Shown in pieces: positions 42,370-54,620 of a DNA stretch of 64,000 nt. The position numbers were made by a program, and so were the translations under genes. The DNA lies in assembly GCF_006345805.1 (NCBI RefSeq), contig NC_043002.1, positions 65,658,001 through 65,722,000 of the forward strand, read 5' to 3'. The DNA is from Octopus sinensis. Lineage: Eukaryota. The notes beneath the pieces were generated by a model. It had not been told where the DNA came from. It did not search any database and saw only the letters and a list, made by a program, of their open reading frames with translations. Positions within the stretch are counted from its first letter, which is position 1. Every line of letters begins with the position of its first letter.

Positions 42370-42687
42370 CACACAGACATATGCTGACACGTATTCGTAT
42401 TTGTTTACATACATATAAACATACACACAAAGGCTCGCAAGCCAATACTGACACTCGCACACACACATGCACATACATATACAAGTACACGTACACACAC
42501 ATTCTGTGTTCCTGGTTTCTGTGTTTAAACATTTTGTAGATGGCAGATAGAAAAATTGATATACACTTTTCTATACAAATATACAACCCATAAATACTCA
42601 CACACACACATAGAAGCTACTCCCTATCTCTCCATTTTCTCTCTCTCTCTCACTCAAATAACGCGCGCACATACACACGCACGCACA

Positions 42688-42747
<60 letters not shown>

Positions 42748-44264
42748 CACATGGACGTACAAGTTGTAACATATGCATGCATACACAGCAGGAACTAATT
42801 GGTAATCTAGATGCGGATAAATAAACACACGTTAGACTCGCATACATAGATACATACATACATACATACATACACACTCACATATACATACACACACACA
42901 CGCACATTTATATATATATAGGTATATATAAATATATATACATACAAATATCTATAGATAGATACACGCATACATATACATGTATATATATATACATGTA
43001 AATATATCTGTATGTATATGCACACACCTGCACACGCACACGCATACACAAACATACACACACACACACGTATATATATATATATTGTTGGGACAGGGAC
43101 TCTAATCAAGTAGATATACTGTATTGGTTATTGATATAGTCTTCAAATATACTAAAAGCTGTTTGCTGCTTTTCAGAACAAAATATTTTCTAGTAGTTAA
43201 CAGCTAGATGTGTCGCCTCAAATGACGTGGAATCTGAGAATGCATGCAGTTTCATTGTTGTGCGTCCTCCTCAATGAAAGTAGATTTCTAATCACCTCCA
43301 GCCACATGACTAGATTTAAGCACTTTAGCAGGAGCTCTACCGAACCCTTGTCACAGGAATACACAAACTCACACAACCACACAATCACACACACAAACAC
43401 ACACATACAGAGGAGCAAATCCGAATATATGTATACTTTTATGTGCATGCGGGTGTAATCATATGGATATTTATATGTGTGCATGTATGTGTACATATGC
43501 GTATGTCTTTTCAACACGTTGATACAGGTTTTTCAGTTGTGGTTTGTATATATTTCAATGAACATATTTTACTTGTTGGTCCATATTTGATCCATAGTTT
43601 ATTCAGAAATTTTGGTGATGTATGTATTACACACAAGTTTAAATGTTCATTGTCTAGTATTAGGATATCATACTTGTTGCCGATGAACAGTCTATCCTTT
43701 TCTCGAGTTTGGTTTCTTTAATTTAAGTTTCGTTACATGTTTTATATTAAATAGCAAAAATTAGAAATTTTTGATGAACTGCTGAGGTACTTTTTTTTTT
43801 TTACAGTAAAAGCGTGTAGTGATTTAGATCTACAAGATGTATCTTCCATAAGATTGATGCAGATTCCGCAGTTAGGGTGACAAATAAACGTTTCGTTTAT
43901 TGGTGTTAAGGTTCACAATTGGTACCTGAATAAGAATAATTTCTTTAGTGATTTTAATCCAAACCTACATACTTATTTTAGCAACTCCGAAAAAAAAACC
44001 ACCGCGGGCGCGCACACACACACACACACATATTCTAACATAAACACCCACACTCAATAGACCTTCCTTATCACATCCTTAATAACTCAATACACACGTG
44101 CACACATACATATATTCGTATATACGTGTGTATAGCGTGTGGTCTAGTGGTAAGGGAGTTGTACTCACAATCGTGGTTTCGATTTCCGGGCAAGGCTATA
44201 CATTCAGTTCTTGAGCACGTCATTTCCCGTTGCTCTGCGATCACTTTTTCATCTGACGGGCATC

Positions 44265-44480
44265 CTTACTCTTTTACTTGTTTCAGGCATTTGACTGTGG
44301 CCATGCTGGAGCACCGCCTTTAGTCGAGCAAATCGACCCCACGACTTATTCTTTGTAAGCATAGTACTTACTCTATCGGTCTCTTTTGCCGAACCGTTAA
44401 GTTACGGGGACGTAAACACACCAGCATCGGTTGTCAAGCGATATTAGGGGGACAAACACAGACACACAAACACGTACACA

Positions 44481-44541
<61 letters not shown>

Positions 44542-44712
44542 TAGATTATACATATATACGACGGGATTCTTTCAGTTTCCGTCTACCAAATCCACTCACA
44601 ATGCTTTGGTCTTCCCGAGGCTATAGTAGAAGACACTTGCCCAAGGTGCCACGCAGGGGGACTGAAACCGGAACAATGTGGTTCGTAAGCAAGCACTGAC
44701 CACACAGCCACA
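44265..44712 (-). mobile_element. Near full-length SINE family A
   Basis: Reverse complement of head, internal (TA)n and tail. Confidence 0.88.
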
Positions 44713-44738
44713 CAAAATCACTAACCTTATGTGTGTGT

Positions 44739-44792
<54 letters not shown>

Positions 44793-44869
44793 TGTCTTTG
44801 TGTGTGTTGAAACACCAGTTTCAAGTACTGTACACAAGAACACACAAGGAAAATGCAAGCACGCACGTG

Positions 44870-45422
44870 TACGGAAAATTCGCTGTGAGCTTTATTGCCG
44901 GTGGGAAAATTTCCGTAGGAAATTTTATTGTGAGAAATTTGTAAGAAATTTTGCCGCATAGAATAATGCCGTGAGACAAATTCGCCGTATGGTAAATGAT
45001 AAAGCGTATTATATCAGCATTTTAAAAATTAAAAAGACAAAAGTAACAGAACGATAAGAGGTCTTATAAAAGCATTAAATAGACAAGTCTTTATTCAACG
45101 CTAAACATTAAAAGAGTTGAGAGACAAATGCTAAAATGCAATCCGCAGCAAAAGTACATTATTTGCGCAAGAATTTTCAAACGTTTTAAATGACCTCATC
45201 ACGTTTTTTTTAATGTTTGACGCTGAATAAATGCTTGCCTAGTTAATGCATTTATAAAACCTTTTATCATTCCTTCTTTAATCTTTTTTCTTTTGTATTT
45301 TCAAAAAGTGCTGATGCAATAAGCTTTATCTTTGTCCATCCGGCAAATTTATCTCACAGCGAATTGTGTCTTGCGGCGAATTTGTCTTACGGCAAAAACG
45401 TTTATGGTGAAATTTCCTATAG
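44870..45422. mobile_element. Old fold-back MITE with long diverged inverted arms and ~15-bp subterminal repeats
   Basis: GATAAAGCGTATTATATCAGCA mirrors TGCTGATGCAATAAGCTTTATC; TTTATTCAACG mirrors CGCTGAATAAA. Repeated AAATTCGCCG-like units occur at both ends in opposite orientation. Confidence 0.65.
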
Positions 45423-45568
45423 CCAAGCATGCACTTCATTGCAATGACAATCATATACATACATACATACATACATAAATACATACATACATGCATACAT
45501 ACATACATACATACATAGCACTACTATAATGTCAATAAATACACACTCATCTAATTACAACGAAAGCG

Positions 45569-45781
45569 TATACACATACATCCATCAAACTAACAACTCG
45601 AACATAAACACGTCAATACAACTCACACATACACATACACACATATGCACGCACGCACATACACATATACATATATATTTATATGTGTGTATCCATATAT
45701 ATATATATATATATACATATACATTATATATATATATTATATATATATAATATATATATTATATATATATATATATATATA

Positions 45782-45829
<48 letters not shown>

Positions 45830-45954
45830 ACACACACATATAATATATATATGTATATGTGTGTGTGCGTGCGTGCATATGTGTGTATGTGTATGTGTGA
45901 GTTGTATTGACGTGTTTATGTTTGAGTTGTTAGTTTGATGGATGTATGTGTATA
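45569..45954. repeat. Palindrome centred on (TA)n (~130-140-bp arms outside the core)
   Basis: CATCCATCAAACTAACAACTCGAACATAAACACGTCAATACAACTC is mirrored at ~45898-45943. Confidence 0.9.
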
Positions 45955-46129
45955 TAATATATATATATATACATCAACTGAATTACTGCACTCACACACA
46001 CAGTAGTACACACTACAAATGCACGCATTCTCAAAACGGATGTACAAAAAGCATGCAGAATGCGCAGGTATAGTTCTCATGCAGTCATACACGCATTTAC
46101 ACCTCTGTATTTATGTTAAGGTTCTTGGC

Positions 46130-46880
46130 TTACCGGTTAGGGTTCATGTTGGTAAAGTCGTGAGTTCGATTCCTGGCGTTGCGTTTACCCCTTCAACAAC
46201 ACCCTTTTTTTTCACGTTATTCCAGCCCATTCAGCTGGCCAAAATGAGCTGTACCTGTAATCCAAAGGGCCAGCCTTGTCACATTTTGTGTCACACTGAA
46301 TCTCCCTGAGAACTACGTTGAAGCTGTGCGTGTCTGTGGAGTGCTCCGCCACTTGCGCGTTAATTTCACGAGCAGGCTGTTCTGTTGAACGAATCACCTG
46401 AAACACTCGTCGTCGTAACCGACGGAGTGCATATTAGTTAGATAGCTAGTTAGAATAAACACGCACATACACACATGCATATATTCACACACACAAATAC
46501 GCTTAAAAATCGTTTACTATCATAAGCACTAAGGTCACAACTATCCATATACATATACATCCACACTGTAGGTACAATGATTTAGTGGTGAGGGCAGCGA
46601 ACTCGCGGTCAGGATCGCAGTTTTTATTCCCTGACCGGGCGTTGTGAGTGTTTATTAAGTGAAAACGCTTACAGCTCCACGAAGCTACGACCGGTGGTTG
46701 GTGGCGTATTCTTTCACCACAACTTTCTCTCACTCATTCTTCCTGTTTCTGTTGTACTTGTATTTCAAAGGACCAGCCTTATCACACCCTGTGTCCCGCT
46801 TAATCTCTCCGAAAACTGCTGTAAGGGTTCATGTGTCTTTGAATTCCACGAGCAGGCTGTTCCGTTGACGGAGTGCCGTA
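46130..46880 (+). mobile_element. SINE family D copy (46130-46430) and family E copy (46580-46880)
   Basis: Shared tail CCAGCCTT..CACGAGCAGGCTGTT with different heads. Confidence 0.7.
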
Positions 46881-47374
46881 GTAATATCCACAATGCACAT
46901 GTACAGAAACGAACTTACACACACACATACTTTATCCGGAATAAACATCATTATTATATTCATACGCGCTAGCACAACGAAAACATAGAACACTATCCAC
47001 ATGCATTTATCCCCTCCCCCATAGGACAATTCGTGACGATGGCAACTACCTCCTAGGACAATTAAACCCTCTGCTTAATTACCCCTCTCCAAAATAACAA
47101 GTCTTAAATTATCATCTGTTGTCCTCAGAGGTAATTGTTCTCATGGGGTGGAGACGGTTATTGTTCATGGAGAGTAAATGTCGTAGACACAGTGGGATTG
47201 AACCGAGAAGAACTTAGTTGGAAAGCAAGTTTCTTATTTCTTTATTGCCCGCAAGGGGATAAACACAGAGGGGACAAACAAGGACTGACAAAGGGATTAA
47301 GTCGATTACATCAAACCCAGTGCGTAACAGGAACTTAATATGTCGATCCCGAAAGGATGAAAGGCAAAGTCGAC

Positions 47375-47474
47375 NNNNNNNNNNNNNNNNNNNNNNNNNN
47401 NNNNNNNNNNNNNNNNNNNNNNNNNNNNNNNNNNNNNNNNNNNNNNNNNNNNNNNNNNNNNNNNNNNNNNNNNN
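47375..47474. other. Assembly gap (100 N), interrupting a SINE B copy
   Basis: Run of N. Confidence 1.
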
Positions 47475-48195
47475 CTACATCACACTTACGTAGGTTTGTC
47501 GTGCACTTTTAAAACACTATGCTGTAGGAAGACGTTAGTAGACAACACATCTATACTATATAAAATTTCTCACGAATTTAGGTGAATAAGGATGGGATGG
47601 TTACTGATAATGCAGAACAATAACATAACATATAAGGAAGTTTCATATTTTAGCCTTACTTAAATGTCTTTAACGTCAAATCACGGATTGCTGCGATGCA
47701 GTTTACGTTGTACATTATGATATTCTTAACGATGCCTTCACCTGTTTTCAGCCTTTGATTCATGTTCTAAATTCCATCTCTGATTTGTGTATTTTTAATG
47801 ACTGTAATTTCTGGTGTCATTCTTACGTTGTTTTGTTCTTCTGTGGCTTGGTCTAGTCGTCTGTTAAAATAATATCTCTTGGCAATTAATGTTTGTTTTA
47901 TTCAGTTGATTGCTTTATCTGGTACTTCGTTTGTGGAGGAGAATTTGAATTATAACTTAAGTGGACATTTTATCACTGACATTTTGCAGCTGTCTAGACA
48001 CTCACTCTCCCCATCTGTCTATTTGTATATGTGTGAATGTATGTGTGAGTGTATATATGTGTATGTGTATATATAATGTTATGTATGTATATGTCTAATT
48101 TATGTGTATATATATATATATATAATACATTATATTAATATGTTATTAAATTATTATTATATAAAATATTTATAATATATTATATTATATATAAT

Positions 48196-48228
<33 letters not shown>

Positions 48229-49224
48229 CGACGGCTTCTTCTTTCAGTTTCCGTCTACCAAATCCACTCACAATTTTGTTAGCCCGAGACTATAGTAGAA
48301 GACACTTGCCCAAGGTGCCACGCAGTGGGACTGAACCCGAAACCATGTGGTTGGTAAGCAGGCTACTTACCACCAAATCAGATGTACACCTAACGCTCAG
48401 TTATGTCTCGCACCCTCTTCCTTCGAGAGATGAAGTGATCTACCGGCTGTCACTTCTCATCAAACATGCGTTCCTATGTATGTGACAGAACCCCTTCCAG
48501 ATCAATTTCATTAAAAAATATAACAATTTTTTTACAAAGCAGTTTTAATAGTCTCAAATTAATATCTCCCTAGTATACTAGCTGAGTGTATACATACGCA
48601 TACACACATACACAACGCTACGCGCCGCCATGATTGATCGCTAGCCACTAAACCTTTTTTTTTTATTTTCCTCCCAGCTTATTTCTGTGTTCCTTTCTGT
48701 TGAAGAGCGAAGGCTTTTTCACTTCCCGAGCGTTAAACTAATACATTTGTTTGTTGTTTACACACCCGTCTTCGTCTTTTGTTCTGTTTTTGCTTTTTTG
48801 TAAATTCCAACTATACCTAGCGTACCAAAAAGAATGCCGGCAATTTCTGCGAACAAATTTTCCAGGAATCATTATACATAATTATTAATATCAGGGTAAT
48901 AAAGATTCTAGAAATTTTTACTTCCAGTGGCCTAGCGCATAGAAAAATTAGTCAATAGACTATATATTGTTCATATAAAGTACAGTGTACATTTAAAGAC
49001 ATTTAAACAAAATGTATCCATCATAGGACTCCCTTACGCTAGAAGGAACAGTTGAAGTCCAAAGCACTAATTATGGATAAAATATCGAAGGGAATGAAAA
49101 ATAAAAACATTTACCATCTATTTCCTGGACTATGGTTTCTGACTTTTTTAGCAAATAAAATATTTTGCCAGGCGAATTTTTATGTTGTATGGTATTTGTT
49201 CCGCGTGTTTCTCTCACCCACTAC

Positions 49225-49388
49225 ATGCGTGGCTGTGTGGTAAGAAGCTATCTTCCCAACCACATAGCCGGGTTCAGACCCACTGGTGGCCCTATGGGCA
49301 AGTGTCTTCTTCTATAGCCTCGGGCCGACCAAAGCCTTGTCAATAGATTTAGTAGACAGAAACTGAAAGAAGCCCGTCGTATGTATAC

Positions 49389-49440
<52 letters not shown>

Positions 49441-49605
49441 TTTTGTCTGTGTTTGTTCCCCCGCCATCACTTGACAACCGATACTGATGTGTTTAACTAC
49501 CCCGTAACTTGCCGGTTCAGCAAAAAGGACCGATAGAATAAGTACTAGGCTTACAAAGAATAAGGCCGCAATCAAATGACTGAAACAAGTATAAAAATAA
49601 AAGAA
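49225..49605 (+). mobile_element. SINE family A
   Basis: GTGGCTGTGTGGTAAGAAGC head, internal (TA)(TG), conserved tail. Confidence 0.85.
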
Positions 49606-50878
49606 TAAACACTAATACACACACACACACACACACACACACAGTGACCACTCCCCATCTACACACATCAGATGAAACCTTTCACGCAGCGCACAAAACA
49701 AACTGGGAGGGACACTTGACACGTATACCAACATTGCACACACACACACACATACACATACATACACACAAACACACACAAACACATACATACACAAAAA
49801 CACATACGCACATAAAACACACACATACACACACATACAAACACACACACATGCACATACACAAACTTACGTACCCAAACACACGCACACATGCATACAC
49901 ACGCAAAACACATATACACCCACACAAAACACATACATACACGCACATACAGACACATACACACACACGCACTCAAACACACATATACAAACACATACAC
50001 AAACACAAAACACACACATACACACACACATACAGACACACATACACACGTACACACACACACAAACACATATACACAAACACACGCACACACACGCACA
50101 CACAAACACAAACACAATAAACCGCACACGCACTCACACTAATACACACAAACAAACGCACACACACGCACACACAATCACATACACAAAGACACACACA
50201 CGCACACTACATACACACACTCTAACTACAAATACATATATACTATCAATTATACACAGCCCCCAACTCGTATTACAAGCCAGTAAGTACAAACTGACTC
50301 AGATTAGGTTGGAGACCGCGAGCATCACCAATACCACCACCACCACCATCACTGCTGCTACTATCGACGTCACCCTCTCCACCACTTCCACCTTTGCGAA
50401 AACCACAACCTCTGCCATCACATTCGTACTTATTTCGACCCCCGCCAACTTCATTTCAAATCATAGTGCTGCACGTTCACCAAACCCACAACCACCACCA
50501 CTACACATCACCACCAACAGCACTAACAAGACCACAACCAACACCGCTACTAACACCACTACCATTGAAACCAACACCATTCCCACTAACTCACCACTAC
50601 TAGAACTGCTATCACCACTACAGCCACTAGTAATATCGATTTCGATATTCCGCTCAAGGTCAGTAATTTCGGAGGAGAGGTTAAGTCGATGACATTGACC
50701 CCAGGTGTCAGCAGGTACTTATTTTATCGACCCCGAAAAGATGAAAGGCAAAGCCGACCTCGGAAGAATTTGAACTCAGAAAGTATAGACCAATGGTTCC
50801 CAGCATTTTCACATTTTCACTACCAAGCACCCCCTTTTACTTGAATGAGTTTTCCCACGGACCCCTTTTAATATGCTG

Positions 50879-50933
<55 letters not shown>

Positions 50934-50945
50934 ATATATATATTA

Positions 50946-50976
<31 letters not shown>

Positions 50977-51136
50977 TATATAAATAAAATAAATAAATAT
51001 AAGAGAGTGGTCACTATATGGCTCACTCTAGCACCAGTTAATCCAAAAGGTTTCAACCACAAAAATATACATGTTTCCCATGAAAGTCGGTACGATGTTA
51101 GCTCACACGGACAGGCAAATAAAAAATAACAAAATA

Positions 51137-51231
51137 CAGATTATTTTGGGACAATTGTTTCGCTATTAATGAATTAAATGTAATATTACTTACAAAAAAT
51201 CCACTTGTAGCTCCTCAGCCAAAACTATCTG
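51137..51231 (-). ncRNA. Type I hammerhead ribozyme (inverted copy)
   Basis: Reverse complement of the motif at 52095-52191; core at 51218-51212. Confidence 0.85.
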
Positions 51232-52094
51232 GATGAAATCCACTCAATCACACGCCAGATTTACCATAACGATAAATAAGCGTGTGGTTCAATTGATATA
51301 CATCCGACGTTATAATTCAAATGCCCCAACTAACAGCGCGCCAAATTTTCACGGAAAACAAATACAGCATTAGAAATAAATGCAGCATAATTATAATTAA
51401 TTAATAAGGTGAGAGAATTAGATACTAATTTAATAGTATATCTATTCTACACCAAGTGGCCTAGTGCTCCGAGAAACCTGGATTATTATAATATTTTATA
51501 ATATATTATAATATTTTTACAAAATAAATATAAGAGAGTGGTCACTATATGGCTCACTCTAGCACCAGTTAATCCAAAAGGTTTCAACCACAAAAATATA
51601 CATTTAATATTACATTTAATTCATTAATAGCGAAACAATTGTCCCAAAATAATCTGTATTTTGTTATTTTTTATTTGCCCTGTCCGTGTGAGCTAACAAT
51701 CGTACCGACTTTCATGGGAAACATGTATATTTTTGTGGTTGAAACCTTTTGGATTAACTGGTGCTAGAGTGAGCCATATAGTGACCACTCTCTTATATTT
51801 ATTTTGTAAAAATATTATAATATATTATAAAATATTATAATAATCCAGGTTTCTCGGAGCACTAGGCCACTTGGTGTAGAATAGATATACTATTAAATTA
51901 GTATCTAATTCTCTCACCCTTATTAATTAATTATAATTATGCTGCATTTATTTCTAAATGCTGTATTTGTTTTCCGTGAAAATTTGGCGCGCTGTTAGTT
52001 GGGGCATTTGAATATAACGTCGAGTGTAATCAATTGAACCACACGCGTATTATCGTTATGGTAAAATCTGGCGTGTGATTGAGTGGATTTCATC

Positions 52095-52191
52095 CAGATA
52101 GTTTTGGCTGAGGAGCTACAAGTGGATTTTTTTGTAAGTAATATTACATTTAATTCATTATATAGCGAAACAATTGTCCCAAAATAATCTG
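52095..52191 (+). ncRNA. Type I hammerhead ribozyme
   Basis: Stem I CAGAUAGUUUUGG / CCAAAAUAAUCUG; CUGAGGA 52108-52114; stem II GCUA..UAGC; GAAA; CAAUUG; predicted cleavage after GUC at 52178. Confidence 0.87.
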
Positions 52192-52630
52192 TAAGTTTGT
52201 TATTTTTTATTTGCCCTGTCCGTGTGAGCTAACAATCGTACCGACTTTCACGGGAAACATGTATATTTTTGTGGTTGAAACCTTTTGGATTAACTGGTGC
52301 TAGAGTGAGCCATATAGTGACCACTCTCTTTATTTATTTTGTAAAAATATTATAATATATTATAAAATATTATAATAATCCAGGTTTCTCGGAGCACTAG
52401 GCCACTTGGTGTAGAATAGATATACTATTAAATTAGTATCTAATTCTCTCACCCTATTAATTAATTATAATTATGCTGCATTTATTTCTAAATGCTGTAT
52501 TTGTTTTCCGTGAAAATTTGGCGCGCTGTTAGTTGGGGCATTTGAATTATAACGTCGGATGTAATCAATTGAACCACACGCGTATTTATCGTTATGGTAA
52601 AATCTGGCGTGTGATTGAGTGGATTTCATC

Positions 52631-52726
52631 CAGTTAGTTTTGGCTGAGGAGCTACAAGTGGATTTTTTTGTAAGTAATATTACATTTAATTCATTAATAG
52701 CGAAACAATTGTCCCAAAATAATCTG
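52631..52726 (+). ncRNA. Type I hammerhead ribozyme
   Basis: CUGAGGA 52644-52650; GAAACAAUUGUC, predicted cleavage after 52713. Confidence 0.87.
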
Positions 52727-53163
52727 TATTTTGTTATTTTTTATTTGCCTGTCCGTGTGAGCTAACAATCGTACCGACTTTCATGGGAAACATGTATATT
52801 TTTGTGGTTGAAACCTTTTGGATTAACTGGTGCTAGAGTGAGCCATATAGTGACCACTCTCTTATATTTATTTTGTAAAAATATTATAATATATTATAAA
52901 ATATTATAATAATCCAGGTTTCTCGGAGCACTAGGCCACTTGGTGTAGAATAGATATACTATTAATTAGTATCTAATTCTCTCCCCTTATTAATTAATTA
53001 TAATTATGCTGCATTTATTTCTAAATGCTGTATTTGTTTTCCGTGAAAATTTGGCGCGCTGTTAGTTGGGGCATTTGAATTATAACGTCGGATGTAATCA
53101 ATTGAACCACACGCGTATTTATCGTTATGGTAAAATCTGGCGTGTGATTGAGTGGATTTCATC

Positions 53164-53258
53164 CAGATAGTTTTGGCTGAGGAGCTACAAGTGGATTTTT
53201 TTGTAAGTAATATTACATTTAATTCATTATAGCGAAACAATTGTCCCAAAATAATCTG
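53164..53258 (+). ncRNA. Type I hammerhead ribozyme
   Basis: CUGAGGA 53177-53183; predicted cleavage after 53245. Confidence 0.87.
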
Positions 53259-53695
53259 TATTTTGTTATTTTTTATTTGCCCTGTCCGTGTGAGCTAACA
53301 ATCGTACCGACTTTCATGGGAAACATGTATATTTTTGTGGTTGAAACCTTTTGGATTAACTGGTGCTAGAGTGAGCCATATAGTGACCACTCTCTTATAT
53401 TTATTTTGTAAAAATATAATATATTATAAAATATTATAATAATCCAGGTTTCTCGGAGCACTAGGCCACTTGGTGTAGAATAGATATACTATTAAATTAG
53501 TATCTAATTCTCTCACCCTTATTAATTAAGTATAATTATGCTGCATTTATTTCTAAATGCTGTATTTGTTTTCCGTGAAAATTTGGCGCGCTGTTAGTTG
53601 GGGCATTTGAATTATAACGGCGGATGTAATCAATTGAACCACACGCGTATTTATCGTTATGGTAAAATCTGGCGTGTGATTGAGTGGATTTCATC

Positions 53696-53790
53696 CAGAT
53701 AGTTTTGGCTGAGGAGCTACAAGTGGATTTTTTTGTAAGTAATATTACATTTAATTCATAATAGCGAAACAATTGTCCCAAAATAATCTG
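53696..53790 (+). ncRNA. Type I hammerhead ribozyme
   Basis: CUGAGGA 53709-53715; predicted cleavage after 53777. Confidence 0.87.
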
Positions 53791-54054
53791 TATTTTGTTA
53801 TTTTTTATTTGCCCTGTCCGTGTGAGCTAACAATCGTACCGACTTCATGGAAACATGTATATTTTGTTGGTTGAAACCTTTGGATTAACTGGTGCTAGAT
53901 GAGCCATATAGTGACCACTCTCTTATATTTATTTTGTAAAAATATTATAATATATTTAAAAATATTATAATAATCCAGGTTTCTCGGAGCACTAGGCCAC
54001 TTGGTGTAGAATAGATATACTATAAATTAGTATCTAATTCTCTCACCTTATTAA

Positions 54055-54085
<31 letters not shown>

Positions 54086-54086
54086 A

Positions 54087-54620
54087 AGGGCGCGTAAGAT
54101 ATTTGAGGACAGATTTATGTCTATAAAGACAAAGAGATACATAACAGATAACTTTAATTCTAAAAGAATGCTATAAGGATAAGAATAAACCTGTTCTATA
54201 ATGTTATTCAGTACAGCCACCTTCAGCTTCAACAACCGATTGTATACGAGATCTAAATCATCTACATGCTTGAATTCTGGTACATTTAGGACATTACTCT
54301 GACTATGGCAGCTTTCAAAGAATCAGTGGCGTTCTGAGCGTGTTCATTGACCTCTCTCTCAACAATGTAATAGTCCAATGGATTGAGATCTGGGGAATTA
54401 GGATGCCAAATTTTAATGGTTATGTGATCATGAAAATTTTCACTCATCCATTCTTGTGTTACTAGAACTATGTGTGATAGTGCATAGTCCTACTGAAACA
54501 TATATGGCCTTCTATTGCATACACTGTCTATCCAGAACTTAACAATTGTTTCCAGGACCTTAATGTAAGTGGCAGAGTTAACTCTAAGGCCTTGTGGAAA
54601 GAATGAGGCATCACATGTCC
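54087..54620 (-). mobile_element. Decayed Tc1/mariner-superfamily transposase 3' part (DDD type, possibly maT-like)
   Basis: Minus strand: RPYMFQ*D (cf. FQQD), WHPNSPDLNPLDY (54408-54370), FRSRIQSVVEAEGG (~54256-54215). Confidence 0.8.

Larger units (their letters stand above)
50985..54060. mobile_element. Tandem/inverted array of ~532-bp hammerhead-containing units (retrozyme or Penelope pseudo-LTR multimer) in (TA)n
   Basis: ~1.15 units in one orientation (50985-51603) and ~4.6 units in the other (51604-54060). GUC sites at 51643, 52178, 52713, 53245 and 53777 give spacings of 535, 535, 532, 532. Confidence 0.88.

Noticed and set aside
9383-50200. Dozens of ORFs rich in YI/CV/HT/poly-I/poly-M/poly-D
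   Set aside because: They are translations of di-, tri- and tetranucleotide microsatellites with no domain signal.
53004-53781. Repeated 81-aa minus-strand ORFs in the 532-bp array
   Set aside because: Antisense to the ribozyme strand, broken by indels in other units, non-ATG start, no recognisable motif.
50985-54060. CRISPR array or plain satellite interpretation
   Set aside because: No unique spacers and a eukaryotic context. The hammerhead and the inversion argue against a simple satellite.
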